In this document: positions 1 through 11,669 of the stretch, piece after piece
Layout of the letters: each line of letters starts with the position of its first letter
Numbering within the stretch: the stretch's first letter is position 1
Translations under genes and position numbers: made by a program
Assembly: GCA_013265495.1 (NCBI GenBank)
Contig: MU058844.1
Location: 62,001 to 126,000 of the forward strand
Direction: 5' to 3'
Length of the DNA: 64,000 bases
DNA from: Vicugna vicugna
Lineage: Eukaryota
The notes under the pieces: model-generated
Database searches by the model: none
The model's input: only the letters and a program-made list of their open reading frames with translations
What the model was told of the DNA's origin: nothing

Positions 1-150
1 AAGTTTTAGGTATCATTTCCAGGCACATTCTACTAACCAAACTAGTCATATGGCCACATTCAGCCACAAAGAATGCTGGGAAATGTAGTCTTTACACCTA
101 TCTAAAATTTCCATTACTATAAAAGACAGGAGAATGGTAGTCTTGGCCAC
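1..150 (-). mobile_element. Old MaLR LTR fragment (MLT1-like)
   Basis: ctagtcatatggccacattcagccacaaagaatgctgggaaatgtagtctt. Confidence 0.55.
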
Positions 151-279
151 AGAGGGCAAGCCACTGTGTAGTGAGAAGAGGTCTAAACTCAAAGAGCGGT
201 ACAGAGGGGTTTCCTCACCTGCAAAATATAATAATAAACATAACTACCTACATTCAGTTTTTTTCCAACTCTAAACAAT

Positions 280-530
280 AACAACCTGGTAATCAGCATT
301 TACTGAGCGTGCCCTGTGCTGTAGGCACTATACCACATACTTTACACATATGATTTAATTCAATCTTCCCAACAACCCTCTCAGGCTGGTGTTATAATTG
401 TCACTTTCATTTTAGAGATGAGGAAGCTGAGCCTGAGAGGAGTTAAGTAGCTTGCCCGAGATTTCAGTGAACGTGTGGTGACAAAGCCAGACCTGGGCTC
501 GCCGACTCCAAAGCCCACCCCTCTGCTACA
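280..530 (-). mobile_element. MIR SINE
   Basis: cattttagagatgaggaagctgagcctgagaggagttaagtagcttgccc (reverse MIR core). Confidence 0.8.
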
Positions 531-1034
531 CCCTAAGTGGAGGTCATCGTGGTGTCAGCATTGCCAGGTTTTTGGGAGTTTGAATGGACAGAGCACACAG
601 TAGGCCCTCTCCACTTTCCCCAAGGAAGGCAGTGTGTCTTGCTGGGGCTTTAGGCTCCCTTGTCTGAGTCTAGGAAAGAACCTTGCTCCAGAATGGGGAC
701 TGTCCAGAAACACTTCATGGTTGCTGGAGACAGGCTGGAGCTGAGAGGAGGAGGAATCCAGGTTTGAGAGAGAAGAGGAAAAAGCAATAAACTGAAAAAT
801 CACAGCTCTGCAGGCAATGGAATCTATTACTCAGAGATTAAAATGTCACAAGGAGTACACGTCAGCTCCAGACCTTGGAAAATGTTTTTTCCATCATAAT
901 GACTGCTCAGCACCAACACAGAGGACTATTTCCCTTCCTAGGGAGGTGCTTGTCCCACTGGGTGTCTTTCTAGCCTTCTGCAGACCTCAAAAATGGCTTC
1001 TTATGTTTATTCATATATTAACAATGGCCAACAC

Positions 1035-1245
1035 CAACAAGCACTTACACGTACCAGCTGCTTACTGCTTATTCATCCTTCAATATCCCTGAGAAATGGA
1101 TACCATTATTTCACCATCATCTTACAGATGAAGAACCTGAGGTACAGAAATGTTAGGTAATGTGCCCAACTTCACACGGCTGGTAACAAGAGAATCGGGA
1201 TTTGAACCCAGCTCATCTGTTCAGGAGTATGATCTTAATCACTCC
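1035..1245 (-). mobile_element. MIR SINE
   Basis: ttacagatgaagaacctgaggtacagaaatgttaggtaatgtgcccaa...gggatttgaacccag. Confidence 0.8.
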
Positions 1246-2229
1246 TCGAAACTTCCATCTCAAGCCCAGCTCTGTTCATGGGAAAGTGGGAAATGATACA
1301 AGTCCTCCCAGAAAGAACCTGGCGAGTCTTCCCCTTTTTTTCTTTCACACTGAGGCACAATGTGAGCCAAAACTCTGAGGCATGGAGGGAGTCCATGTTC
1401 AATGTCAAATTCAACCCCAGCTGGGGTTAGGCAACTAAATGAAGATTTATATCCAGTGGGACACATACTAGCTAACCTTGAAAAATGATTTTGTAGAAGA
1501 ATATAATAAGTAGGTGAGATCATAAACATGTATAGTGTGATTTCCATTTAAAAATATATTTCTATACACACACACACACAACTACAAACTTGCACATCAA
1601 ATCATCATGAGTCCTATCTGAGTAATAAGATTATGGACAGATTTCTTCATCTGATAGCTCCCCCAACCCCATTTCCATCCAGATTCTCATTTTTTTTAAT
1701 TTTTAAAAATGAAGTTAATAGCCTTTAAGTGACTGATTTATTTATTTTTTCACTAGAAGAAATACCTTAAAGCTGATTTTAGCCTATGTGTCAGTGAGTC
1801 TTTTAAAGATTTTTTTTTCAGATTGGGAGGGGGAAAAAAGAAAATTTCAAATAAAAATTCAGGATCAGAGCATTCATTTCTCAGATTTCTAAATAAGAAA
1901 TTAATACTTTATCCATTTATTCTATGAAATCATATCCTTTTTCAGTTTGTTTAAAGGTAGAAGAACATTGGAGAAGACAAGGAAGTGTGACAGGGAAACA
2001 ATGAGAAAGGAAAAGACAACCACAAGACACAGAAGATGGAACGTGCTCTCACTGCCCAGCAAGCCTCCTGAATCTGGTCAATGTCCCCACTTCCCAGGAA
2101 GTCTCAAAAAAGCCACTCAAGTTCAGGAAAGATCACAGGCTGGTACCTGAAACCACCTGAAAAAAAAGCTCAGAGTGACTATGGATACCTCCCAACCAAA
2201 CAAGGTACTGCCTTTTCTTCTTCTTTCTT

Positions 2230-2670
2230 TCTTTTCTATTTTTTTTTAAATAAAATCACACTTATAGAAAAGTTGGAGGACAGTACAAAGAATTATTTTT
2301 TCCTAAATTGTTTTGGTAAGTAAGCGATCTGATGGCCCATCACCCCGAATACTTTACTATGCAATTCCTATAATACCAGACCTCATCCTGTATAACCACA
2401 GTACAACCATCAAAATCAGGAAATTCACATTGAAATGCTGCCACGGTCTAGTCCTCAGACCCCATCTGAGTTATGCCAATTGTCCCAGATATGTCCTTTC
2501 AAGCACAACGATGCAGTCCAGAACCAGGCCACAGCTCTCTGCCTGTCTCTTTTGTCTCCTTCAATTCGGAATCGTTTCTGAGTCTTGTCTTTTGCATCCT
2601 TGACACTTTTGAAGATTTCAAGGCCAGCTATGCTGTAGAAGGTCCCTCAGTTTGGGTGTGTCTCTGTGCT
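2230..2670 (-). mobile_element. Old L1 (L1MC/ME-like) 3' fragment
   Basis: cacttatagaaaagttg...cagtacaaagaa...ataaccacagtacaaccatcaaaatcaggaaatt. Confidence 0.7.
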
Positions 2671-3499
2671 GTGACTTTGTTGATTTGTGAAGTGGAGCAT
2701 GGGGTGCTGGATGGTGAGATGCAGCCCAACCACAGACCACATGAGAAACTATAATAAAGAGACGTGGTACTCACAGGTGCTGGAGGAAGCACATGGCTCA
2801 CCAGCAGGGGCCACTGGGGATGTCAAGACAGAGTGCAGAGAGAGAGACAGAACGTGGGGCACTGCCTTTCTTAGGATCCAAGGGTGAAGTGCTTGGTGGT
2901 TCCCTGAGTAGGACCATACTGGTCAATTCAAACCAAAAGAGCAGGCAGGTACTGAGGGCCCAAACCTCTCATGTCTTAGGCTTGGCAGAGAACTGGTACC
3001 CAGGGTCAGAAAATCTGAGGTGGCTGTGAGAACAGGCTGCTCTGATTTGTCGTTGCTATGGACAAATCTGAAGAGTGCCTTTCCACTACTGAGGAAGTGC
3101 TTTCTGAGTGTGACAAAGAGCAGGCTCAGGAAGTGGGGGGACACAGAAGGCATAAAAGGCAAAAAAAACCAAAAACCAGTCTCAGGGAATTCAGCCTCAC
3201 ATTTGGAAACCACATTCTCCTCTGTCAACATCATTGACAAAAGTAGGGATGACAGGCCTGCATTACAACTCTGGTACTCAAAAGCAGGTGGGGCAGGGAC
3301 AGCTTCCATTTAGATCTTCAAGCAAATGTTCTGACCGAGCAGCAGAAGCAAACCAGCCTTCCTCATCCCAGTCCTGCCTCTCCTTTCCCCATTCCCTCCC
3401 CTCCTCTGCTTCCCCTCCTCCATCCTTCCCAAAGCCATTAGCCAAGATTTCAGTGAGACTGAACTTCATGAAGAGTGGGAGTCCCCCAAACTTGTTTCT

Positions 3500-3875
3500 A
3501 ATTAAATTTTTATTGTGTAAAAATACACATCATAAAACTGATCATTTTAACCATTTTGAAGCATGCAGTTTAGTGGCATTAAGTATACTGACACCGTTGT
3601 GCAACCATCATCACTATCCATCTCCAGAATGTTTTCTTCATCTTGTAAAACTGAAACCCTGTTCGATCATACAATAGCTCCCCATCCCACTCTGCCTCAG
3701 ACTTTGACAGCCATCATTTCATTTTCTGTCTCTGTGAGTTTGGTTACTCTAAGCTCATATAAGTGGAATCATACAGTATTTGTCTCTTTGTGACTGGTTT
3801 ATTTCCCTCAGCATAATGTCTTTGAGGTTCATCTGTATTGTAGTGTGTGTCAAAATGTACTTTTTTTTAAGGCCA
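3500..3875 (-). mobile_element. Old L1 (L1MB-like) 3' end
   Basis: ttttaaccattttgaag...gtggcattaagta...gtggaatcatacagtatttgtc...tgtgactggtttattt. Confidence 0.85.
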
Positions 3876-3907
3876 AATGCTCCCTAAGATTTTAAAAATT
3901 ATGTAAC

Positions 3908-4285
3908 TATAATAGTCTGCTAGGGCTGCCACAGCAAAATATCACAGGCTTGGTGGCTTAATAAATATTGATTTTCTCACAGTTCTGGAGGTTGGAAGTC
4001 CAAGATCAAGGTGTCTGCAGGTTTGGTTTCCTCTGAGGCCTCTCTCCTTGGCTTGCAGATGGCTCCCTTCTTGTTGTGTCCTGACATGGCCTTTCCTCTG
4101 TGTGCATTCAAATTTCGTCTTCTTATAGGACATCAGTCAGACTGGATTCAGGTTGACCCCAATAGCCTCATTTATCTTAGTTACCTCTCTAAAGGCCCTA
4201 TCTCCAAATACAGTCACATTCAGAGGAGCTGGGGGTTAGGGCTTCAATATATGAATTTGTGGGGGCAACACTTCAGCCCACAGCA
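3908..4285 (-). mobile_element. MaLR solo LTR (MLT1B-like)
   Basis: tagggctgcc...ctcacagttctggagg...gaagtccaagatcaaggtgtc...ctccaaatacagtcacattc. Confidence 0.88.
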
Positions 4286-4624
4286 GTAACCTTCCTGGGA
4301 AACAGATTCCTCTACTGTATGAAAATCACTGTGGCCACCTTGTAGGGCGCTGGTTCAGACGATGCCCACAAAACTCTCGTCACAGCACTGGCACACGGCC
4401 ACCTCTCTATAAGACTGGTGAGCATCACCGTTTTGTTTTCCCCAAGTCTGAGTCTGGGTCTTTCCAGCACACACTGGGTGCTCACTTAACCACATGTGTT
4501 ACTTCTTTCATCATGGACTGGGTTGCCAGAGGAAGGCAAACACAGACTTCAATTGCTAAATTCTCCTGCCCCAACCAACCTGGGATTTCAGAGTTGCCGT
4601 ATTTTACTGATGAATAAGCAAAAT

Positions 4625-4830
4625 TAATGGTTACAATTGACTGAGCATGTGCCAGGCACTGAACTAGGCATTCTACAGAAGTTGTCTCATTTAGTCCTCA
4701 AGGCGGTACTACTATCATCTCAGTGCTCACATGAGAAAACTGAGGCCCAGAGAGTTTAAGTAACTTGTCAGGTCATACAGGAGTCAAGTGCTGGAGACAG
4801 CATTCAGACCCAGAAGCTCTACCTGGCAAG
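4625..4830 (-). mobile_element. MIR SINE
   Basis: atgagaaaactgaggcccagagagtttaagtaacttgtcaggtcatacag. Confidence 0.8.
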
Positions 4831-5704
4831 CCCAAGGGCTCCTGATGACAATTACATAAAAATTAAATATGCATGGGAATAAGAATGAATAAAGTACTTC
4901 TATAATAAGGGGGTACAGTTAAAGGATAGGATATTGGCTATTTTCCTTCATTTGAAATTTTCCATTTCTTCGGGAGTGTATGTGAAACTCATTATTTTTA
5001 ATTTAAATTATTCTAACACAAGACTTTGCATGCTGGGCACTTCTCTCTTACAGATTAAAAAAAAGGTGCTTACATAGCCTCCCGGGTACAGCTGCCTAAA
5101 GCACCATCCTGTTTGTCCTCACCTAGGATTTTAAGAGCAAGCATCCACCTACCCCCTTACAGCTCTATGTATCTCCATCAATAATTGATTTTCAAAACGT
5201 TATTCTTTAAAAATTTTTTTTGTCCTTTCTTCTTTTTTTTCTTTCTGACTTTGGTTTTGAAAGAAACACATATGAGTGAGTTGGTATCACCTAATCCCTG
5301 GAATATGTATGTTACAAACTCTGGGCCCCTCAAGCTCCAACAGTGTGATGGATATCCTGGATTTGAAGAGTTCTGGGAAGAATCACAGAGGGTTGAGCTG
5401 TCTTGTTTGTTTCCCTGAACTGTACACTAATTTTACGCTCAAAGCAGTAAGAAAACACTAACCTCACCACACCTACCCTTCCAAGCCAATTTCTAAGATG
5501 TTCCTCTAAGAAATTAGTAAAGTCCCTAGAAAGGATAGTAGGAAAATCCCTTCCTCTGCAACTTGTCTAACTTTCTGGACTCCATTGAAAGAACAGTCTT
5601 TTTTTTCATAAGTAATTTCTGACTTCTCTGCCTAAACTTCAGACAGATTTTGATCTTATACAATTAAATTTGCATGAGATATGTAATGTTAGAAGTAATT
5701 TAAA

Positions 5705-6015
5705 ATGATACAAATAAACTTACTTACAAAACAGAAAGATTCACTGACCTAGAAAACAAACTTATGGGTGCCCAAGGGGAAAAGTGAGGGAGGGATAAAT
5801 TAGGACTCTAGGATTACCAGACACAAAACACTATATACAATACAGATAAATAACAAGGTCCTACTGTATAGCACAGGGAACTACATGTAATATCTTGTAA
5901 TGACCTACAATGAAAAAGAATATTATATATATGTATGTATAACTGAATCATTATGCTATATATTGGAAACTAACACAACATTGTAAATCAACTATAATGC
6001 AATTTTTTAAAAAAA
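5705..6015 (+). mobile_element. L1 3' end, older cetartiodactyl type (L1_Art-like)
   Basis: ...aacaaggtcctactgtatagcacagggaactac...cacaacattgtaaatcaactata followed by an A tail. Confidence 0.85.
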
Positions 6016-6021
6016 GGATTA

Positions 6022-6184
6022 TTGTATAGCACAGGGAAATATATACAAGATCTTATGGTAGCTCACAGAGAAAAAAATGTGACAATGAATATATATATGT
6101 TCATGTATAACTGAAAAATTGTGCTCTACACTGGAATTTAATACAACTTTGTAAAATGATTATAAAGCAATAAAAAATGTTTTA
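6022..6184 (+). mobile_element. Young camelid-type L1 3' end inserted in the A-tail of the older L1
   Basis: Nearly identical to 33402-33560. Flanked by TSD aaaaaaaggatta (6009-6021 and 6185-6197). Confidence 0.88.
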
Positions 6185-7004
6185 AAAAAAAGGATTACAT
6201 CTCCTCAGTGGTCTCTCAACCATGACCTAATCCTACGTTCTCAGCTTCATGGAGATCCCACCGACATGTCCAACTGACTCACCATGTCTACACTATGAAA
6301 TCTACTGGTTTCACAGCTGGTTACACAGCTCCTTCTGAGAAGGGTGGACCATGACACTTTGCATCAGGTGGCTGCTATGTGGGTCATAGCTGTTACACCA
6401 AGCCAAATACATCCAATATGGACCAGACTTGAGAAGACTGTGAGGTGCCCTGAACTAAGAACACAGCCCAGTTGGGAAGCTTCACACTATACAGTAAATA
6501 CCCAGTCCAATCTTCTTGAATGCAAGACATGGAAGACTATAACCATAGCACAGAGACAGGAAAAGGAAAACTGGAAAGAGAAAGAAGCAGAAACAAGAGT
6601 CTTGAGCAGGGAAGAATCACTAAGCAAAGAACAATGGTTTCTCCTCTTAAGAGGAGACCAGACTATGGTCACTAGAGTTGCTATGGTTTCCAACATAGGT
6701 TTCCAACTGTCCATGAGGCCTGAGTGTGTAGCTGCTAGGATGTTTTTCTTTGCTAAATCACTGCACATATGTATCTCTATCAACCCATCTCTTGTGGTGC
6801 CCTCAAGTGTATCACTGTTTGTTTTTCTTCAAAATTGGAAAGGGTCTGACCCCCTTGTCTGAAAATGAATTTATAATCTTCTCTCCAAACCTATTCTTTA
6901 TCATATGTTACCTATGTCTACTTTTGGTATCATCATCCCAGTTCTTTGATTTCTTCCAGTACTTTACTAGTCTGTCAATTCATTTGCCAGGTGCTATCAA
7001 TTCT

Positions 7005-7069
7005 TTTTTTTTTTAACTTTTTTTTTAATTGAGTTCTAGTCATTTTACTATATTGTGTCAAATTCCAGT
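7005..7069 (-). mobile_element. 65-bp severely 5'-truncated camelid-type L1 tail
   Basis: T-tract plus the reverse complement of the L1 terminus (ctggaatttgacacaa...). Perfect 16-bp TSD aggtgctatcaattct (6989-7004, 7070-7085). Confidence 0.85.
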
Positions 7070-8191
7070 AGGTGCTATCAATTCTATCTCCACAATACAG
7101 CTTCAAGCTCTCAAGGTTGGTAAACATTCCTCTCGCACAGCACCACTCTCCCACCCTTCACTCTTGGCAGACATCACTAATTGATCACTGCACTCTTTCC
7201 CACTTACCTATGCAAGGCTAAGAGCAATAATAGCCCTGTTTCTTGAATACTTACTCTTAGGTATTCTACTAATCATTTAGCATGACTTACCTCACTTAAT
7301 TCTAATAGAAGCCTTGTGAAAATAGACTTTATTTTTTACCATACAGGTGAGAAAATGGAAGGCTCAGAGAGTAGGGAGAGATATCCTGGCAACTTCCTTT
7401 CTCCAGTCATCCAGTCTTTCTCCGAGGCCTCCCACTGATGGAAATCTAGCTAGAACCAGTTGGCAGGGCAACCAGAGACACATAGTTTGCAGAAGTCAGC
7501 TCCTTGTGGTGTATTGCAAAGCAGAAGGAGGACAGGGATTGGATCTGAGACCAAACAATGACTGGTAAGAAGACTCTCCTGATTTCACAGCTGAAAGGAA
7601 TGTGTCCTGACTCTGAAAGCTGATAGCACTTGATCCAGAAGTTTCCTTCTGCACTGAACACTATTTATCATATTTGCTTATGTATATAATATGTATCTGT
7701 GAGTCTTTACTCCTTTGGTCTACAGCCTCTAAAAGCCTCTTGGGTAAGACACAAGTGTGAATTTTTGTCACTCCTGTGATAATGGCTAGTAGCCCAATGC
7801 TTTGCTCAATAAATACTTACTGAATGATGAATAATGTATATTCAATGCCTGTGCTGCTTCAGACTGAAGCGTATAGCAACATATCAGGGGGTATGCCAAG
7901 CTATAAGACAAACACCTTACGTTTCTCTGGAGAGTCAATTTCACAGTGTGAAAATCAATAACTTTAAACATAATTTTTATATGGAAACAAAAGCAATGAA
8001 ATCAAACATAAAATTTACATGTTTTTCTTTAAGATAAATTACTTCAAAACATACTAGGCCCCTTGTGTATTCCCCTGTGTGCTCATTTTTTTCTTCAGTT
8101 TTTTTTTTTAAAGTGTTGACTAAGCACTTTCTCTATGCCTGGCTCTGTTCTAGACTGACGTGATTCCTGCCTCCAAGAATCTTACCGTCTA

Positions 8192-8397
8192 GTGCAAAAT
8201 TCTAGGCCAAACGCAAATGTTTTAGGCTTCCTGGGCCAAACACTCCTTGTTGCATGACTCAACTCTGCCTTGTAAAATGAAAGCAGCCATGGACAATAGC
8301 TGAATAAATGAGTGTTGCTGTGTTCCAGTAAAACTTCATTACAAGACCAGGCAGCAGGCCGCATTCGGCCAATGAGTCATCGTTTACTGATACTGGT
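8192..8397 (+). mobile_element. MER58A-like hAT MITE
   Basis: aaatgttttaggctt...actcaactctgccttgt...aaagcagccatggacaata...gctgtgttccagtaaaactt. Confidence 0.82.
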
Positions 8398-8502
8398 CTA
8401 GCGGGGGGACACAGACATTAAATAATTTAGGATGATACACTGTTACAGAATAATATAAGATACCCCACAGGCAAGGCTAGGGTAAGTTACTTAGTCCAAG
8501 AG

Positions 8503-10123
8503 CAGGAACGGCTTTGTGGGTGTACAACCTGTGCAGCGAGTGATGCAGGGCCCACCCAAAAGGGACACCGTGCTTGGTTTAATGCTCTGTTGTCACAGAC
8601 TGGAAATTCTTAATAACGTTATATTTCAACTTGTGAAGTCATGTGAACTTACAGGAGCACGCGTGCCAGCAGAGCTGCTGTGCCAGGCGTTGGCGCGTTC
8701 GTGTGGAGGCTCAAGCGGACAGGCATGGCGGCGGCGGCAGCTTCGGCAGCTGTCTGCGCGGCTGGCGAGCATGCGCACACGCGCCTCACAGAGCTCTGAG
8801 GCGCCGCCCTGCCTGGCACCTGGACCCGGATTGGCTGACGGCGGTAGCAGCAGTAGCAAATGGAATGCTGGTGGCAGCAACGGCTACCGCAGTAGAGGGG
8901 AGGGGACCCGGAAGCAGCACTAGGACGCATGGTGGGAGATTGGCTTACCTGCCTGTCCCCAGAGCTTGTCCCTGAGGCATCTGTACAAATGTTAATTCTC
9001 AAGTCTGAGCAGCGGGACACTCAAGAATGCAGGTAGTAAACTTAGTCAGCAAATTATTACAAAATAAGGGTGTACACATTGACACTGCAATAAAGCACAT
9101 CAGGGACTTACTAAAATTCTTGAAAGAATTTATAATTTCTGGTTTTGAAAATTATTGCAACAGTGCAAATCAAAATATCCACGAGCTTAGAAATAGAAAT
9201 TAAACGTAAAGATTGTTCCATTCGACAGAATAGTACAGTATCTTCACACAAAGTTTCAGATAAACCAACAGTTAACAAGGAAGACAATTTTAAAATGAAT
9301 CTTCCTGTATTTGAAGATACTGTTAGAATGCATAGGCAGGCATTTTGAATTATATAAAAATCGTAAAGTCACTTTTGGTTTCTCATATGACTTTCACAAA
9401 TTGCAAGAACTGTCAGAGGAAATATTAATATTAAATTTGTGTGGAAAAAATCATAATTAATGTGATTTAAATAATATAAATGCTATATAAAGAGTATTTA
9501 ATTATAAATAATATAAATCTATATATTAAATTCACAATTACATGAAACTAATTTGTATGAAGAGTAACTCCTTATAGAAAATAACTGCACAGGAAACATC
9601 ACCTCTAGATGTTCTAAAATCTATATTTCAAAATAACTTATCAGACATGTATCCCCATGTTGTCATAGCCTCTGAAACACTCTTACATGCTCTGGTAACA
9701 ACTGCCTCAGTAGATTTTAATTGTCAAAATTAAATTTATCAAAAAGTATTTGTAATCTTGCATTTGCCAACAGCAACTGACATTGCTTTCAATTGTATCA
9801 ATTGAAAACTAAGTTACTAAAAGTACAAGTGACCTAATGAATATGTAGGAAAGCAAACCAGAAAAATCTTGGTATCATATTAATCAGTATTACTTATTGT
9901 GTTATATAAAATTTTGATACCAAAAATACATTTTGACCACTAAAATTTTTGTATTGTTACTCATGTATCACCATTACTTTTATTACATTATATAAATAAT
10001 AAAATATTTTTAAATAAAAATATTTACATTTTACCTTTAATTGCTCTTTTTTTCTTGCTTTTAAAAAAAGGGCCCTGTATTTTCATTTTGCCCTGGGCCT
10101 TGCAAATTATATTGTTGGTGCTG
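8503..10123 (+). mobile_element. hAT-Tip100 DNA transposon fossil (MER91A-like ends; Zaphod/Zaphod3-type, internally deleted)
   Basis: The left end (caggaacggctttgtgggtgtacaacctgtgcag...tgcttggtttaatgctctgttgtc) and right end (gggccctgtattttcattttgccctgggccttgcaaattatattgttggtgctg) match the two halves of MER91A. Flanks tccaagag/tccaggaa are a 6/8 TSD. 9602-9810 translates to hAT C-terminal dimerisation-like PLDVLKSIFQNNLSDMYPHVVIASETLLHALVTTASV...FIKKYL*SCICQQQLTLLSIVSIE. Confidence 0.85.
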
Positions 10124-10200
10124 TCCAGGAATCCATGCAAGATTTCCTGAGGAAATAAGCGGAAAAACACCAAAACAAGAGAGAGCTTGTCACACTAGAG

Positions 10201-10371
10201 CCGTGGTTCTCAAAGTGTGGTCCCTGTACCAGCAGCATTGGCATCACCTGGGATCCTCTTAGAATTGCATATTCTCAGGCCCCATCACAGAAACTCAAGG
10301 GGTGGACCCCAGCAATCCAATTTTACACCCCCACAGGTGGTCCTGATGTCTCTTGAGTGTGAGAGGCACTG
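10201..10371 (+). mobile_element. MER5A hAT MITE
   Basis: gtggttctcaaagtgtggtccc...accagcagcattggcatcacctggga...tgagaggcactg. Confidence 0.85.
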
Positions 10372-10499
10372 CTACAAGGAGGGAGAGAAGTCCAGTGCTG
10401 GGAAGTGGGGAAGGAGGCAGGACCAGGCTCTGAAGACAAGGAGGAGAGACTGGAGGTTTTTAAGCAGGAGCAAAAGCACAAATCCTTACAGGTCAGAAG

Positions 10500-10990
10500 G
10501 TCCTCATCCCCTCATCCCCTTCCTGATCTTATCTTCCCCCCACTCTCCATCTCAACCACACTGCCTCCTCTTACTCACCAGCGAGTCTCCTGCCTCAGGG
10601 CCTTTGCACCAGTTATTTCCTCTTCTCAGAGTGCTTTTATCCCAGAGCCCTCTTACATTCTTTGGATGTCTTCTCAGATGTTACCTTCTCAGAAAGGCCT
10701 CCCCTAGCCACCCTGTTTAAATTGTCCCCTCAATCCACACATACACACTCACTCCTTGATCCCCTCCTTCCTGCTTTATCTTTCTCCACTGCACATACCA
10801 ACTCCTAATAAATTACATTGCTTCCTTACGTTTAAGGTTAAGTATCTATCGTACCCATCTCGCACTGGAATTCTAGTGCTATGAAACTAGTGGTTTTGTT
10901 CCTTTTCATTTACTGACACAACCCCAGGGGCCTACAAGTACCTAAGAGGTAGAGAGGGAACACTCAATATTTATTGAATGAACAAATAAA
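10500..10990 (+). mobile_element. L2 LINE 3' end
   Basis: ctcctgcctcagggcctttgcac...ccttctcagaaaggcctcccct...ctcaatatttattgaatgaa. Confidence 0.82.
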
Positions 10991-11149
10991 GAGATTTCAA
11001 TTCAAATAAATACATGACTATAATTGTTAAGAAAAGGGTTCTCATAACCTAGTTAATAAAGTTGCTAGTGACTATTCTTAACGTGAGGCTATAAGCTGAG
11101 GGTGGTCATTGAGGTAGAGACTACTAGAGCTCCGAGAAGGGAAAGTCCA

Positions 11150-11450
11150 CATGCTGTCCACATCCTCATATGCAGTGGCTGGGGCCATGTAACTATTCTG
11201 CCCAATGGACTGTGAGTAGAGGAGGTGTGTGTCAATGCCAGACTGAAGCAGTTCAAAGGAGGGTCTCCTCCACTTCTTCCTTCTCATTTGGCTGTGACCA
11301 TGGACACTTGTGTGCAGTCACAGGTTCAATGCATGGAGGAAAGTTTCTTTAGGCTTTCTGTGAGGGAGAAATAAACCTTTGTTGTGATAAATCATTGAGA
11401 GTTCAGGGCTTGTTTGTTACCACACTGTAGCCTAGTTTAGCCTGACTACT
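11150..11450 (+). mobile_element. MaLR LTR fragment (MLT1-like)
   Basis: ggggccatgtaactattctgcccaatggactgtgag...gagaaataaacctttgttgt...gggcttgtttgttac. Confidence 0.65.
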
Positions 11451-11669
11451 ATTGTCATTATCAACAAGCAGCGAGAGACAGTAAATTCAGGAAAGTTGAG
11501 TCTTCTGAGTAATTCTCCTATAAAGGATAAGTATTTGGTAGCTTTAAGGAAGATCCTGTACCTTGCTGACAAGAGTAAATGTACAGAAATGCTGCCTGCA
11601 CAATGTCCCAGTTGTAAAAGGCAGAAACTGTGAAATGAACACATAAAAGTGTACAGATAGGAGGCAGAA

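Noticed and set aside
2686..3050. Possible ERVL-type LTR relic
   Set aside because: It looks LTR-like, but I could not assign family or ends with confidence.
6344..6862. 172-aa ORF, the longest in the window
   Set aside because: Non-ATG start and no recognisable domain. It lies in LTR-like decayed sequence.
8516..9020. Four overlapping ORFs of 84-135 aa on both strands
   Set aside because: A by-product of high GC (few stops) inside the hAT fossil. No recognisable protein.
10217..10720. 167-aa ORF
   Set aside because: It spans MER5A and L2 relics, so it is a chance open frame.
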